A stretch of DNA of 64,000 bases, from assembly GCF_039654945.1 (NCBI RefSeq), contig NW_027361698.1:19654001-19718000 (forward strand), given 5' to 3'. The position numbers and the translations under genes were made by a program. The stretch's first letter is position 1. Each line of letters opens with the position of its first letter. Of this stretch, positions 27,801-40,085 are shown piece after piece. The DNA is from Dendrobates tinctorius (Eukaryota). The notes beneath the pieces were generated by a model. It did not search any database. It was not told the DNA's origin and saw nothing but the letters and a program-made list of their open reading frames with translations.

Positions 27801-30210
27801 ATATCTGTCCTTATTACTTCACCTGATACCCCAATACTGAGCCACTGCTGCCATATCTGTCCTTATTACTGCACCTGATACCCCAATACTGAGCCGCTGC
27901 TGCCGTATGTGTCCCTATTACTGCACCTGATACCCCAATACTGAGCCGCTGCTGCCGTATGTGTACCTATAACTGCACCTGATACCCCAATACTGAGCCA
28001 CTGCTGCCATATCTGTCCTTATTACTGCACCTGATACCCCAATACTGAGCCGCTGCTGCCATATCTGTCCTTATTACTGCACCTGATACCCCAATACTGA
28101 GCCGCTGCTGCCGTATGTGTCCCTATTACTGCACCTGATACCCCAATACTGAGCCGCTGCTGCCGTATGTGTCCCTATTACTGCACCTGATACCCCAATA
28201 CTGAGCCACTGCTGCCATATCTGTCCTTATTACTTCACCTGATACCCCAATACTGAGCCACTGCTGCCATATCTGTCCTTATTACTGCACCTGATACCCC
28301 AATACTGAGCCGCTGCTGCCGTATGTGTCCCTATTACTGCACCTGATACCCCAATACTGAGCCACTGCTGCCGTATGTGTCCCTATTACTGCACCTGATA
28401 CCCCAATACTGAGCCACTGCTGCCATATCTGTCCTTATTACTGCACCTGATAGCCCAATACTGAGCCGCTGCTGCCGTATGTGTCCCTATTACTGCACCT
28501 GATACCCCAATACTGAGCCGCTGCTGCCGTATGTGTCCCTATTACTGCACCTGATACCCCAGTACTGAGCCACTGCTGCCATATCTGTCCTTATTACTGC
28601 ATCTGATACCCCAATACTGAGCCGCTGCTGTGGTATGTGTCCCTATTACTGCACCTGATACCCCAATACTGAGCCGCTGCTGCCGTATGTGTACCTATTA
28701 CTGCACCTGATACCCCAATACTGAGCCACTGCTGCCATATCTGTCCTTATTACTGCACCTGATACCCCAATACTGAGCCGCTGCTGCCGTATATGTCCCT
28801 ATTACTGCACCTGATACCCCAATACTGAGCCGCTGCTGCCATATGTGTCCCTATTACTGCACCTGATACCCCAATACTGAGCCACTGCTGCCATATCTGT
28901 CCTTATTACTGCACCTGATACCCCAATACTGAGCCGCTGCTGCCGTATGTGTCCCTATTACTGCACCTGATACCCCAATACTGAGCCGCTGCTGCCGTAT
29001 GTGTCCCTATTACTGCACCTGATACCCCAATACTGAGCCACTGCTGCCATATCTGTCCTTATTACTGCACCTGATACCCCAATACTGAGCCGCTGCTGTG
29101 GTATGTGTCCCTATTACTGCACCTGATACCCCAATACTGATCCGCTACCGCCGTATGTGTCCATATTACTGCACCTGATACCCCAATACTGAGCCGCTAC
29201 CACCATATGTGTCCATATTACTGCACCTGATACCCCAATACTGAGCCGCTGCTGCCGTATGTGTCCCTATTACTGCACCTGGTACCCCAATACTGAGCCT
29301 ACTACCGCCGTATGTGTCCATATTACTGCACCTGATACCCCAATACTGAGCCGCTGCTGCCATATGTGTCCCTATTACTGCACCTGATACTCAATACTGT
29401 GCCGCTGCTGCTGTATGTGTCCCTATTACTGCACCTGATAGCCCAATACTGAGCCGCTACCGCCGTATGTGTCCATATTACTGCACCTGATACCCCAATA
29501 CTGAGCCGCTGCTGCCGTATGTGTCCCTATTACTGCACCTGATACCCCAATACTGAGCCACTGCTGCCATATCTGTCCTTATTACTGCACCTGATACCCC
29601 AATACTGAGCCGCTGCTGTGGTATGTGTCCCTATTACTGCACCTGATACCCCAATACTGATCCGCTACCGCCGTATGTGTCCATATTACTGCACCTGATA
29701 CCCCAATACTGAGCCGCTACCACCATATGTGTCCATATTACTGCACCTGATACCCCAATACTGAGCCGCTGCTGCCGTATGTGTCCCTATTACTGCACCT
29801 GATACCCTAATACTGAGCCGCTACTGCCGTATGTGTCCATATTACTGCACCTGATACCCCAATGCTAAGCCGCTGCTGCCGTATGTGTCCCTATTACTGC
29901 ACCTGATACCCCAATACTGAGCTGCTGCCGTATGTGACCCTATTACTGCACCTGATGCCCCAATACGGAGCCACTGCTTCCGTATGTGTCCCTATTACTA
30001 CACCTGATACCCCAATACTGAGCTGCTGCCGTATGTGACCCTATTACTGCACCTGATGCCCCAATACGGAGCTACTGCTGCTGTATGTGTCCCTATTACT
30101 GCACCTGATACCCCAATATTGAGCCGCTACCACCGTATGTGTCCCTATTACTGCACCTGATACCCCAATACTGAGCCGTTGCTGCCGTATGTGCCCCTAT
30201 TACTGCACCT
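21893..30210. repeat. 52-bp tandem array, ~160 units
   Basis: Unit CCTGATACCCCAATACTGAGCCGCTGCTGCCATATCTGTCCTTATTACTGCA. A second major variant reads GCCGTATGTGTCCCTATT. Period verified at 21901/21953 and 21961/22013. Confidence 0.98.
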
Positions 30211-30538
30211 GCTGTGTGGTTCTGTGTGACCTCTACATTTTAAAGCAACCCTCTACAATATAGTGATGCTGGGTGCAAGTGCCCTAGAAAACAGTGCCCA
30301 CATTTTGTCCCCTAGAATGTAATAGTGCCCTGTGTGCCCCTTTGACAGTCACAGTAACCCAAGTTCCCCTATAATAAGTGCTCACTTTACATTTAGTAAT
30401 GTCCCAAGTCTCCCCCGTGTACAGCTCCTCTATACACAGTATGATGCTCTCTTACACAGTATAATGCCCCCACACTGTATGATGGCCCCGTCACTATAAT
30501 CACTGTATGATGGCCCCCTAGATAGCATCCATATAGCA

Positions 30539-31018
30539 CAGTGGTCCCCAACCTATCTGACCTTGAGAGCCACATTCACCTTAGACAGAGGGTCGCGAGC
30601 CACATTCAGCTCCCACCCCCTTCAAAGTAGTGTCACTCAATACCCCCATTACAGGTATAATGATAACCAATGCTTTTCCACATAAATCATTCCAAAGCAT
30701 CACACTGAGATACAGGGGTTCCCACAATACCCCCATTCAGTATTCTCCCAACACACTGTCACATCCAGCTTTGAGCATCTCCTCTAACATGTAGTACCAT
30801 CCTCCAGCGTACCATACCTAAAACATCTCTAAACCTCTAAGACCCAGATCTGCTCTTCTGTGCAGGGCTACTCACGTAAATCACTATTTTGTGATGTACT
30901 CTTCATACCTCTTTGCTAGACCTGGAGCTAATGCACCATGCTGGCAGACAGTCGCAAGCCACAATTCATGGGACCACGAGTAACATGTGGCTCCCGAGCT
31001 ACAAGTTGGGGACCCCTG
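30539..31018. mobile_element. hAT (Charlie-like) MITE nested in the large hAT element
   Basis: TIR CAGTGGTCCCCAAC / GTTGGGGACCCCTG. TSD ATATAGCA / ATATAGTA (7/8). Confidence 0.85.
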
Positions 31019-31049
31019 ATATAGTATAATACACCAGATAGTCCTCAAT

Positions 31050-34000
31050 ATAGTATAATGCACCCCCATAGGCAGAGTCTATAGTATGATGCACCCCCAT
31101 AGGCAGCCTCTATATTATAATGCACCCCCATAGGCAGCCTCTATATTATAATGCATCCCTATAGGCAGCCTCAGTATTATAATGCACTCCCCATAGGCAG
31201 CCTCTGTATTATAATGCATCCCTATAGGCAGCCTCTTTATTATAATGCACTCCCCATAGGCAGCCTCTATATTATAATGCATCCCTATAGGCAGCCTCTA
31301 TATTATCATGCACTCCCCATAGGCAGCCTCTGTATTATAATGCATCCCTATAGGCAGCCTCTTTATTATAATGCACTCCCCATAGGCAGCCTCTATATTA
31401 TAATGCATCCCTATAGGCAGCCTCTATATTATCATGCACTCCCCATAGGCAGCCTCTGTATTATAATGCATCCCCATAGGCAGCCTCTGTATTATAATGC
31501 ACTCCCCATAGGCAGCTTCTGTATTATAATGCATCCCTATAGGCAGCCTCTGTATTATAATGCACCCCATAGGCAGCCTCTATATTATAATGCATCCCTA
31601 TAGGCAGTCTCTGTATGATAATGCACTCCCCATAGGCAGCCTCTGTATTATAATGCACCCCCATAGGCAGCCTCTGTATTATAATGCACTCCCCATAGGC
31701 AGCCTCTTTATTATAATGCACCCCCATAGTCAGCCTCTGTAGCCCCATAGGCAGTCTCTGTACCCCCATAGACAGCCTCCGTATTATAATGTACCCTCAT
31801 AGGCAGCCTCTGTACCCCCATATTCAGCCTCTGTATTATAATTTACCCCCATAGGCAGCCTCTGTACCCCCATAGGCAGCCTCTGTATTATAATGTACCC
31901 CCATAGTCAGCCTCTGTACCCCCATAGACAGCCTCTGTATTATAATGTACCCACATAGGCAGCCTCTGTAACCCCATAGGCAGCCTCTGTACCCCCATAT
32001 GCAGCCTCTGTACCCCTATAGGCAGCCTCTGTACCCCTATAGGCAGCCTCTGTAAGCCCATAGACAGCCTCTGTAACCCCATAGGCAGCCTCTGTAACTC
32101 CATAGACAGCCTCTGTACCCCTATAGGCAGCCTCTGTAACTCCATAGACAGCCTCTGTACCCCTATAGGCAGCCTCTGTAACTCCATAGACAGCCTCTGT
32201 ACCCCTATAGGCAGCCTCTGTAACCGAACAAATAGAAGAAAAAAAATGGGCTAAAAAAGCCCTAGCCAGCTCACCAACCACAGCCACAGCACGGAACCTT
32301 GTCTGGACCCAGCGATAGTTGATAGTAGACAAAAACACGAGGGGTGTTCCAGCTGATAAAATTTCTTGCTTTATTGAAAAAATTAAAATAGTACAGCGGC
32401 TTACTCCTCAAGAGTAGATGGATGTGCTATGAGGCACTGAAACACCAGCTGGAACGGCCCTCATTGTTTTGTCTAGCCTCTGTAACCCCATAGTTAGCCT
32501 CTGTACCCCTATAGGCAGCCTCTGTACCCCTATGGCAGCCTCTGTATCCCTATAGGCAGCCTCTGTAACCCCATAGGCAGCCTCTGTACCCCTATGGCAG
32601 CCTCTGTACCCCTATAGGCAGCCTCTGTACCCCCATAGGCAGCCTCTGTAGCCCTATGGTAGCCTCTGTACCCCCATAGGCAGCCTCTGTAACCCCATAG
32701 ACAGCCTCTGTAGCCCTATGGCAGCCTCTGTACCCCCATAGGCAGCCTCTGTACCCCCATAGGCAGCCTCTGTAACCCCATAGGCAGCCTCTGTAACCCC
32801 ATAGGCAGCCTCTGTAGCCCTATGGCAGCCTCTGTACCCCTATAGGCAGCCTCTGTACCCCCATAGGCAGCCTCTGTAGCCCTATGGTAGCCTCTGTACC
32901 CCTATAGGCAGCCTCTGTACCCCTATGGCAGCCTCTGTATCCCTATAGGCAGCCTCTGTAACCCCATAGGCAGCCTCTGTACCCCTATGGCAGCCTCTGT
33001 ACCCCTATAGGCAGCCTCTGTACCCCCATAGGCAGCCTCTGTAGCCCTATGGTAGCCTCTGTACCCCCATAGGCAGCCTCTGTAACCCCATAGACAGCCT
33101 CTGTAGCCCTATGGCAGCCTCTGTACCCCCATAGGCAGCCTCTGTAACCCCATAGGCAGCCTCTGTAGCCCTATGGCAGCCTCTGTACCCCTATAGGCAG
33201 CCTCTGTACCCCCATAGGCAGCCTCTGTAGCCCTATGGTAGCCTCTGTACCCCTATAGGCAGCCTCTGTAACCCCATAGGCAGCCTCTGTAGCCCTATGG
33301 CAGCCTCTGTACCCCTATAGGCAGCCTCTGTAACCCCATAGGCAGCCTCTGAACCCTTATGGCAGCCTCTGTAACCCTATAGGCAGCCTCTGTAACCCCA
33401 TAGGCAGCCTCTGTAACCCCATAGGCAGCCTCTGTACCCCTATGGCAGCCTCTGTACCCCTATAGGCAGCCTCTGTAACCCCATAGGCAGCCTCTGTACC
33501 CCTATGGCAGCCTCTGTACCCCTATGGCAGCCTCTGTACCCCTATAGGCAGCCTCTGTACCCCCATAGGCAGCCTCTGTAGCCCTATGGTAGCCTCTGTA
33601 CCCCCATAGGCAGCCTCTGTAACCCCATAGGCAGCCTCTGAACCCTTATGGCAGCCTCTGTACCCCTATAGGCAGCCTCTGTAACCCCATAGGCAGCCTC
33701 TGTAACCCCATAGGCAGCCTCTGTAACCCCATAGGCAGCCTCTGTACCCCTATGGCAGCCTCTGTACCCCTATAGGCAGCCTCTGTAACCCCATAGGCAT
33801 CCTCTGTACCCCTATGGCAGCCTCTGTACCCCTATGGCAGCCTCTGTACCCCTATAGGCAGCCTCTGTACCCCTATAGGCAGCCTCTGTACCCCCATAGG
33901 CAGCCTCTGTACCCCCATAGGCAGCCTCTGTAACCCCATAGGCAGCCTCTGTAACCCCATAGGCAGCCTCTGTACCCCTATAGGCAGCCTCTGTACCCCT

Positions 34001-34358
34001 ATGGCTGCCTCTGTACCCCTATAGACAGCCTCTGTACCCCTATGGCAGCCTCTGTACCCCTATGGCAGCCTCTGTACCCCCATAGACAGTCTCTGTATCC
34101 CCATAGACAGCCTCTGTAACCCCATAGGCAGCCTCTGTACCCCATAGGCAGCCTCTGTAACCCCATAGGCAGCCTCTGTAACCCCATAGGCTGCCACTGT
34201 ACCCCTATAGGCAGCCTCTGTACCCCTATAGGCAGCCTCTGTACCCCTATGGCAGCCTCTGTACCCTCATAGACAGCCTCTGTACCCCCATAGACAGCCT
34301 CTGTAACCCCATAGGCAGCCTCTGCACCCCTATAGGCAGCCTCTGTATTATAATGCAC
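31050..34358. repeat. Minisatellite with 31/32-bp units grading into 21/20-bp units
   Basis: CCCCATAGGCAGCCTCTGTA+TTATAATGCAC units run to ~31730. Units then lose TTATAATGCA to give CCCCATAGGCAGCCTCTGTAA. Interrupted at ~32226-32475. Confidence 0.95.
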
Positions 34359-35492
34359 CTCGTTACAAAAATAAATAAATCTAATACTCACCTCTCTTCC
34401 TCCCGGCTCCTGCACTGCTCCCTGCTCTCGCTCATCTCCTGGCAGCGGGCGCCGGGCAGTGACGTCATCACGCCCGCTGTCAGGGAGAGGGGGATGATGG
34501 GAGAAGGAGCGCTCGCTCCCTCTCTCAGCACTGCGGTCAGCTGTATGGGCTAGATGCCGATACAGCTGACCCTGCAATGACGGGCGGGGGGCCCACTGCT
34601 GGCACAGGGCCCCCCACCGCCTGCTCAGGGGCCCATAGCGGCAGAGCCGGGAGATCGATTCTCCCTGCTCTGCCGCAGAATGTAATTGTATCGGCGCGCT
34701 GCGCACGCCGATACAGTTACAGTAGTGTAGCTCGGGGTGGGCCCCCTCAGACCGCGGGGCCTGGGGCGACCGCCCCCTCTGCCCCTCCCCGGTAGCTATG
34801 CTACTGACTGCTGTTTATTGAACACTGGGGAATCCGCATGTGTTCACTGAACCGTGCGGATTTACCGCATCCAATACATTGTATGGGTGAAATTTCTCCG
34901 CAAAAGAAATTGACATGCTGCAGTCTGGAAAGACATGCCGCATGGCCGTCTTTGCTGGTGATCCGCGGATATCTGTGCATGCATAGTGGACATGGGATTT
35001 CTTGAAATCCCATCCACTATGCTGTAACATCTGGACGCTGAGCGTCAAACCCACAGCAATTCTGGATCGTGGGCATATACCCTAAGACTTTAGGTATTGT
35101 CAGGGGTGGGCTGGGCCGGTTGGCAGAGAGGCGATTGCCCTCCGGTCCAATCCCCCAGCCGCTGTACAGGGCCCGCTGCACAACAAATTGTGCGCGGCCA
35201 TGCCCGCCATACTGTGACGCGGCCGGAAGCAGATACAGTCGCCCGTATCACAGTCCTATCACGCCGGGAGCTGTGCACGGCCGTCTCCATGTTCTCTCCT
35301 CTGTACTTCCGGGTCATGTACTGGACGCTGGAAGCAGAGAGGCGCTGCTGGGGAGCGACTGTGAGGTAAGTATTAAATACTTTTTTTTTCTTTATAAAAT
35401 GAATTCAATAAGTGAGGGTAAATGCAAGTGATGAAGTGGGGGGTGTAAGGGGGACTGCATATGATGGAGTTTGGGGGATAAAGAAGACTGCA

Positions 35493-36101
35493 CATAGAAT
35501 CATAGAATCGTAGAGTTGGAAGGGACCTCCTGGGCCATCAGGTCCAACCCCCTGCTCAAAGCAGGATTCGCTAAATCATCCCAGACAGATGTCTGTCCAG
35601 CCTCTGTTTGAAGACTTCCATTGAAGGAGAACTCACCACTTCTCTTGGCAGCCTGTTCCACTCATTGATCACTCTGTCAAAAAGTTTTTTCTAATATCTA
35701 ATCTGTGTCTCCTCCCATTCAGTTCCATGCCATTGCTTCTAGTCTTTCCTTGTGCAAATGAGAATAAAGATGATCCTTCTACAATGTGACAGCCCTTGAG
35801 ATATTTGTAGACAGCTATTAAGTCTCCTCTCAGTCTTCTCTTTTGCAAGCTAAACATTCCCAGATCCTGCAAACTTTACTCATAAGACAGGGTTTGCAGA
35901 CCGGTCACCATTCTGGTCACTCTTTTCTGAACTTGCTCGTTTGTTGATGACTTTTTTAATATGCGGCACCCAAAACTGGACACAATATACCAGATGAGGT
36001 CTGACCAAAGAGGAGTAGAGGGCAATAATGACTTCACATGACCTAGACTGTATGCTTCTGTTAATACATCCTAGAATTGCATTTGCCTTTTTTGCTGCTG
36101 C
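35493..36101 (-). mobile_element. 5'-truncated CR1 LINE (3' end of ORF2 plus tail)
   Basis: Peptides AAAKKANAILGCINRSI...LYSSLVRPHL.YCVQFW and LGMFSLQKRRLRGDLIAVYKYLKG are typical CR1 ORF2 C-terminus. The tail reads as ATTCTATG-type repeats on the minus strand. Frameshifted. Confidence 0.92.
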
Positions 36102-36320
36102 ATCACATGATGGAGTGGGGGGATAAGTGAGGCTGCACATGATGGAGGGGGGGAGTGGGGATGCACATGATGGAGTCGTGGGGGGAGTGGGGCTGTATAT
36201 GATGGAGTGGGGCTGCACATGATTAAATGGGGGGGCTGCACATGATGGAGTGGGGCTGCACATGATGAAGTGGGGGGAGTGGGACTGCACATGATTGAAT
36301 GGGGCTGCACATAATGGGGG
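36102..36320. repeat. G-rich minisatellite (GGGCTGCACATGATGGAGTG-like)
   Basis: About 8 imperfect copies. Similar units at 35450-35493 lie on the other side of the CR1 insertion. Confidence 0.75.
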
Positions 36321-37004
36321 ACGGCCAGAGGGACAGCAGGTATCGGGGAGGGTGAGGGGGTGATCGGAAGGCTGGGGGGAGCGGAGGGAAGGGGGAGGGG
36401 AGCTGATGATGACTGCAGCTGTCGATCGCTGTCGTCAGTCGGTGGCGGCAGCCGATCGGCGCTGACAGTCGGTGGGGGGGCTGATCAGTGTCTCCAGCCA
36501 TGTCCGATGCCACTGCAGCATCGGCCATGGTTGGATTGTAATATTTCATCAAATTTCATTGATGAAATATTACTATCGCTCTGATTGGCTGTTTCACTTT
36601 CAACAGCCAATCAGAGCGATCATAGCCACGTGGGGGCTAAGCCACCCCCCCGTGGTGAAGCACAAAGAGTCCTGTGTGTGCGGGTCAGGTGACCTTTCAT
36701 TGACCCCAGTCACCCGACCCGCAGGAGGGTGATTTATAGCATGACGCATGCGGGGGCATCATGGGTCGTTTGGGCATGACTTTCATGATGCCTACGTAGG
36801 CGTCATGGGTCGGGAAGGGGTTAAAGGGAATCTGTCACCCATTATTTGTGATATGATGTAAAGATATTCAATTTAGTGTCACATAAGAATTATAGCAGTA
36901 CTTTAGATACTCCCTGACTCCCTACCTTTGATGCATAAATACCGTTTTTAGCTCTCCTGCGGTGTATGTAAATCTCTGCGGTCCGGTTGGAACGGTAGGG
37001 CTAA

Positions 37005-37337
37005 AGGTACATGCACACGCTGCGGAATCTGATGCAGATTCATCCGTGCGGATTTTGCAAAATCCGCAGATCTGCAGGTCAAAAGACCTTCGGTTTAACT
37101 GCAGATTGGCCTGCGGTTTATCATCTCCACAATGGAGGAGATGGCAAATTGCTGCGGAATCCGCAGAAAGAATTGACATGCAATTCTTTCTGCGGATTTG
37201 AAACCGCAGCACAATTCGTGCGAAAAATTCCACACCGTCTGCACAGCGGTTATTTATTCCCAAAGGGAATAATGGTACTGTACAGGGCCAAATCCGCTGC
37301 GGATCCGGAGCAGAATCCGCAGCGTGTTAACACACCC
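37005..37337. mobile_element. Harbinger-type MITE (same family as 19795-20149), nested
   Basis: Ends ...TGCACACGCTGCGGA / TCCGCAGCGTGTTAACACACCC+TTA. The interior is the reverse complement of the 19795 copy. Confidence 0.8.
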
Positions 37338-38196
37338 TTATTCTCCTTCTCTCCCCCTCTCCTCGGCTTGCTGTACGTATTGTGATCTGTGAATATCACA
37401 GATCCCGTAGAGTTGCCGAGCGTGCACATTGAAATTTCCTCCCGCGCATGCGCAGTATGCTTTGCCCAGCTGTGGGCAAATCATAAATCATTATTGTGTA
37501 TGCGCCGTCATACGCTGTTACTCTCTATGGCCTGGAAGTATCGCAAATGCTGTTTGTTGATGTGATGACAGTGCTGATTGTTGCATTTCTGCGTGTATTT
37601 GTCATACATTTATGGTAGGTGACTATTGTCCTGATGAGAGGGACATATAATTTAAGCTAGGTCACTATGCTCCATGTACTTGGCTGACATGTTGAAAAGC
37701 ATTTTACATAGACACATGCTAAGGTTTATTTGATAAAACCATTTAAGTTGCATAATGCATAAGTAAACAGTGACTAGCAATATTAGTCTCTACCAATAAG
37801 CACAGCTAACCCTGTCAGTAATCATGATTTTGGATGTTGATTTATCTGATGTACTGCTTTCTTGATAAGATACCAAGTGATACTAAATTGTGTCCCTGAA
37901 TTTAGTGTTAGGCCTTATTGATTGACTTGATAGTCACATTGATAAATGGACAAAAGTTGATATGCAGGTCCATGTGAGTGGTTTAAGGCCATAATAGGTT
38001 ACTGCGCAATAGTGGGTTTTCTCTGTGGGCAATTTTGTGTGTTTCTGTTTTTCTGCACGTGCACTTTTATTGAGTTTATTAAACATATGAGAATAAAGGT
38101 TACATTTTATTATCATCCCCAAAATCTATTCCAATGCGCTATACCTAATCTAGACTTTATTGGATTACCATCTGCTATACTGATTATATTGCTTAA

Positions 38197-38602
38197 AGGG
38201 GGTTTTACACTAAGCGATATCGCTAGCAATATCGCTAAAACGTCACTGGTTTTGTGACGTTATAGCGATATTGCTAGTGATATCGCTATGTGTGATACTT
38301 ACCAGCGACCGGCTCCCCCGCTGCTCATCGCTGATCGCGCGAGAATGTCCGGCTCCATTTCTCGTCGTCTGCTTCCTGCTGAGACTTCCTGCTGTGACGT
38401 CCAGCGACGCGTGGAGGCGGGCCGGAGGACGCAGGATCGCTGTGTGTGAATGGTAAGTATCGTGCGCTGCGTCGCTGCTGCATCGCTGTGAGATCTTTCT
38501 GTATGAAAGCTCACTAGCGATCATTTAGCGATGCACCAGCGATCCTGACCGGGTCGGATCGCTGGTTGGATCGCTGGTGCATCGCTAAATGTAAAAGGGC
38601 CT
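38197..38602. mobile_element. Harbinger-type MITE rich in AGCGAT/ATCGCT motifs, nested
   Basis: Ends AGGGGGTTTTACAC / TGTAAAAGGGCCT flanked by TAA. Repeated AGCGAT/ATCGCT subterminal motifs. Confidence 0.75.
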
Positions 38603-39109
38603 TAAGTGACACTAAATTGAGTGATATCTTTATATCATATCACAAAAAATGGGTGACAGATTCCCTTTAACTCATCACACGCTACATATCCTGGGGGCTC
38701 TGGATGTTGAGACCTACAGCAACATTAAGAATAAATGATTCCTTTGTTCTCATCATAACGTAAGTAATAGTTGGTCAATTGAATGAATCGGTGTTCAGAA
38801 AACTGGCAACCAGTCTCAGTGCAATGAAATCTTGGACAGCAAACACGCATTTTGAACAATGGTTTGCTCTCAACTGTTTAAGAGACTTTTCGCATACCGT
38901 TTTCTTCACTCCGTTGGTCAGTGCTGTGCAAAAGGTATAAAATCAGCTGGTCCTCACTCTCCAGAGCCTGCTCCGGTTTCTGAAAATTGGCCGGTGTGGT
39001 GTTATCAGCGTTACAGCCAATCAGCCGCTCTGCTGATATAGACAGCACAAGCTGCTGAGCTCAGTGATAGGCTGCAGTGTGAATGTGCCCTGGTCATGTG
39101 ACGTTACCT

Positions 39110-39155
39110 CTAGAATGTAAAGTGCTGCGGAATATATTGGCGCTAGAGAAATAAA

Positions 39156-39189
<34 letters not shown>
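39110..39189 (+). mobile_element. SINE/L2 3' tail with (TTA)n microsatellite
   Basis: TGTAAAGTGCTGCGGAATATATTGGCGCTA...AATAAAG followed by (TTA)n. Confidence 0.6.
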
Positions 39190-39191
<2 letters not shown>

Positions 39192-39218
39192 AATTGTTTG
39201 CCTATGTTTTGATACTTA

Positions 39219-39679
39219 GGCTATGGTCACCCATTGCATTCTTGCATTACTTTTTTGCTGCTTTTTTTCTGTAGAAAAGAAGCAGTTTTACAGTAGCACC
39301 AATGGCTATGATATTTCAGAAATCGCATGCGCTCAGCTTTTTTTCCTGACTGAACATGAGAACTGCATTGGTTTTGAAAATCTGCAGCATGTCAATTCTT
39401 TCGGTGTTTTTGTAACATTTATTTCAACCTTTTAGAAACAATGAGAAAATGCAAAAATGCTGCAAAAAATGCAACATAACATTTGTGCTGCGTTTTTGGT
39501 GAAAAAAAACCTTTAATAACATATACTGTAGACAAATCACATCTGCCTAAAAAACACAGCAAAAATGCAGTAAAAACATGGCTAGTTGCTGCGTTTTATA
39601 AACAATGTTTTTAAAGCCAAGAGTAAAGGCTTTGGCCACGGAAAAAAACTCTGCAAAATCGCCATGTGTGAACATAGCC
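39219..39679. mobile_element. Harbinger-type MITE
   Basis: TIR GGCTATGGTCAC / GTGAACATAGCC with TTA TSD. Confidence 0.8.
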
Positions 39680-40085
39680 TTATACTGATACTTTTATATA
39701 GGCATGTAAGTGATAGCATTTGTAAACAGTTAAATGCTTCTCTGCGGCCGACAGATAATTTTCTACAACACTGCAATTACATCATGTCGTTATTGCCAGG
39801 TTCTATGCTGGCATTACTCTTCTGTTAAGGTTCTGTCTGTGATGTCATAGTGTGGATGGTTCTACTTCTGTCATCAGTGTAGACATTGAGCGGAATCTTT
39901 GCATCATAATTAGATGTAGAACGGAACTACATGTGATGTAAGTCCGTGACTGTGCAGTGTCTTTGAAGTCATAAGCAGTATAAACACCAGCTTCTTCCTA
40001 ATACTGTTATTAGGAACAAAGCTAGAGCCTGTCTTCATGAGAAGGTGCTATAAAGTGACTAACCACAAGAACACAAAGAAGTAAA

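Larger units (their letters stand above)
21518..34806. mobile_element. 13.3-kb non-autonomous hAT element carrying two tandem arrays
   Basis: TIR CAGAGGCGTAGCTA / TAGCTATGCTACTG. 8-bp TSD ACTGCCGT (21510-21517) / ACTGCTGT (34807-34814), 7/8 with a CpG transition. GGGCCC-rich subtermini. The flanks look like two halves of one Harbinger MITE (~21452-21517 and 34807-35082). Confidence 0.85.
36825..38666. mobile_element. Kolobok/T2-type non-autonomous DNA transposon
   Basis: TTAA on both sides (36821-36824, 38667-38670). ~60-bp TIR AGGGAATCTGTCACCC...AATTTAGTGTCAC / GTGACACTAAATT...GGGTGACAGATTCCCT. Confidence 0.85.

Noticed and set aside
781-30210. CRISPR-like appearance of the regular arrays
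   Set aside because: Units are head-to-tail with no unique spacers, there are no cas genes, and the context is eukaryotic.
21893-30210. Hammerhead-ribozyme satellite (newt satellite-2-like) in the 52-bp or 66-bp units
   Set aside because: Neither unit has CUGANGA plus GAAA on either strand.
31151-34706. Repetitive ORFs (MHPYRQPLYY..., GVQRLPM...)
   Set aside because: These are translations of the 63-bp dimer and 21-bp minisatellite units.
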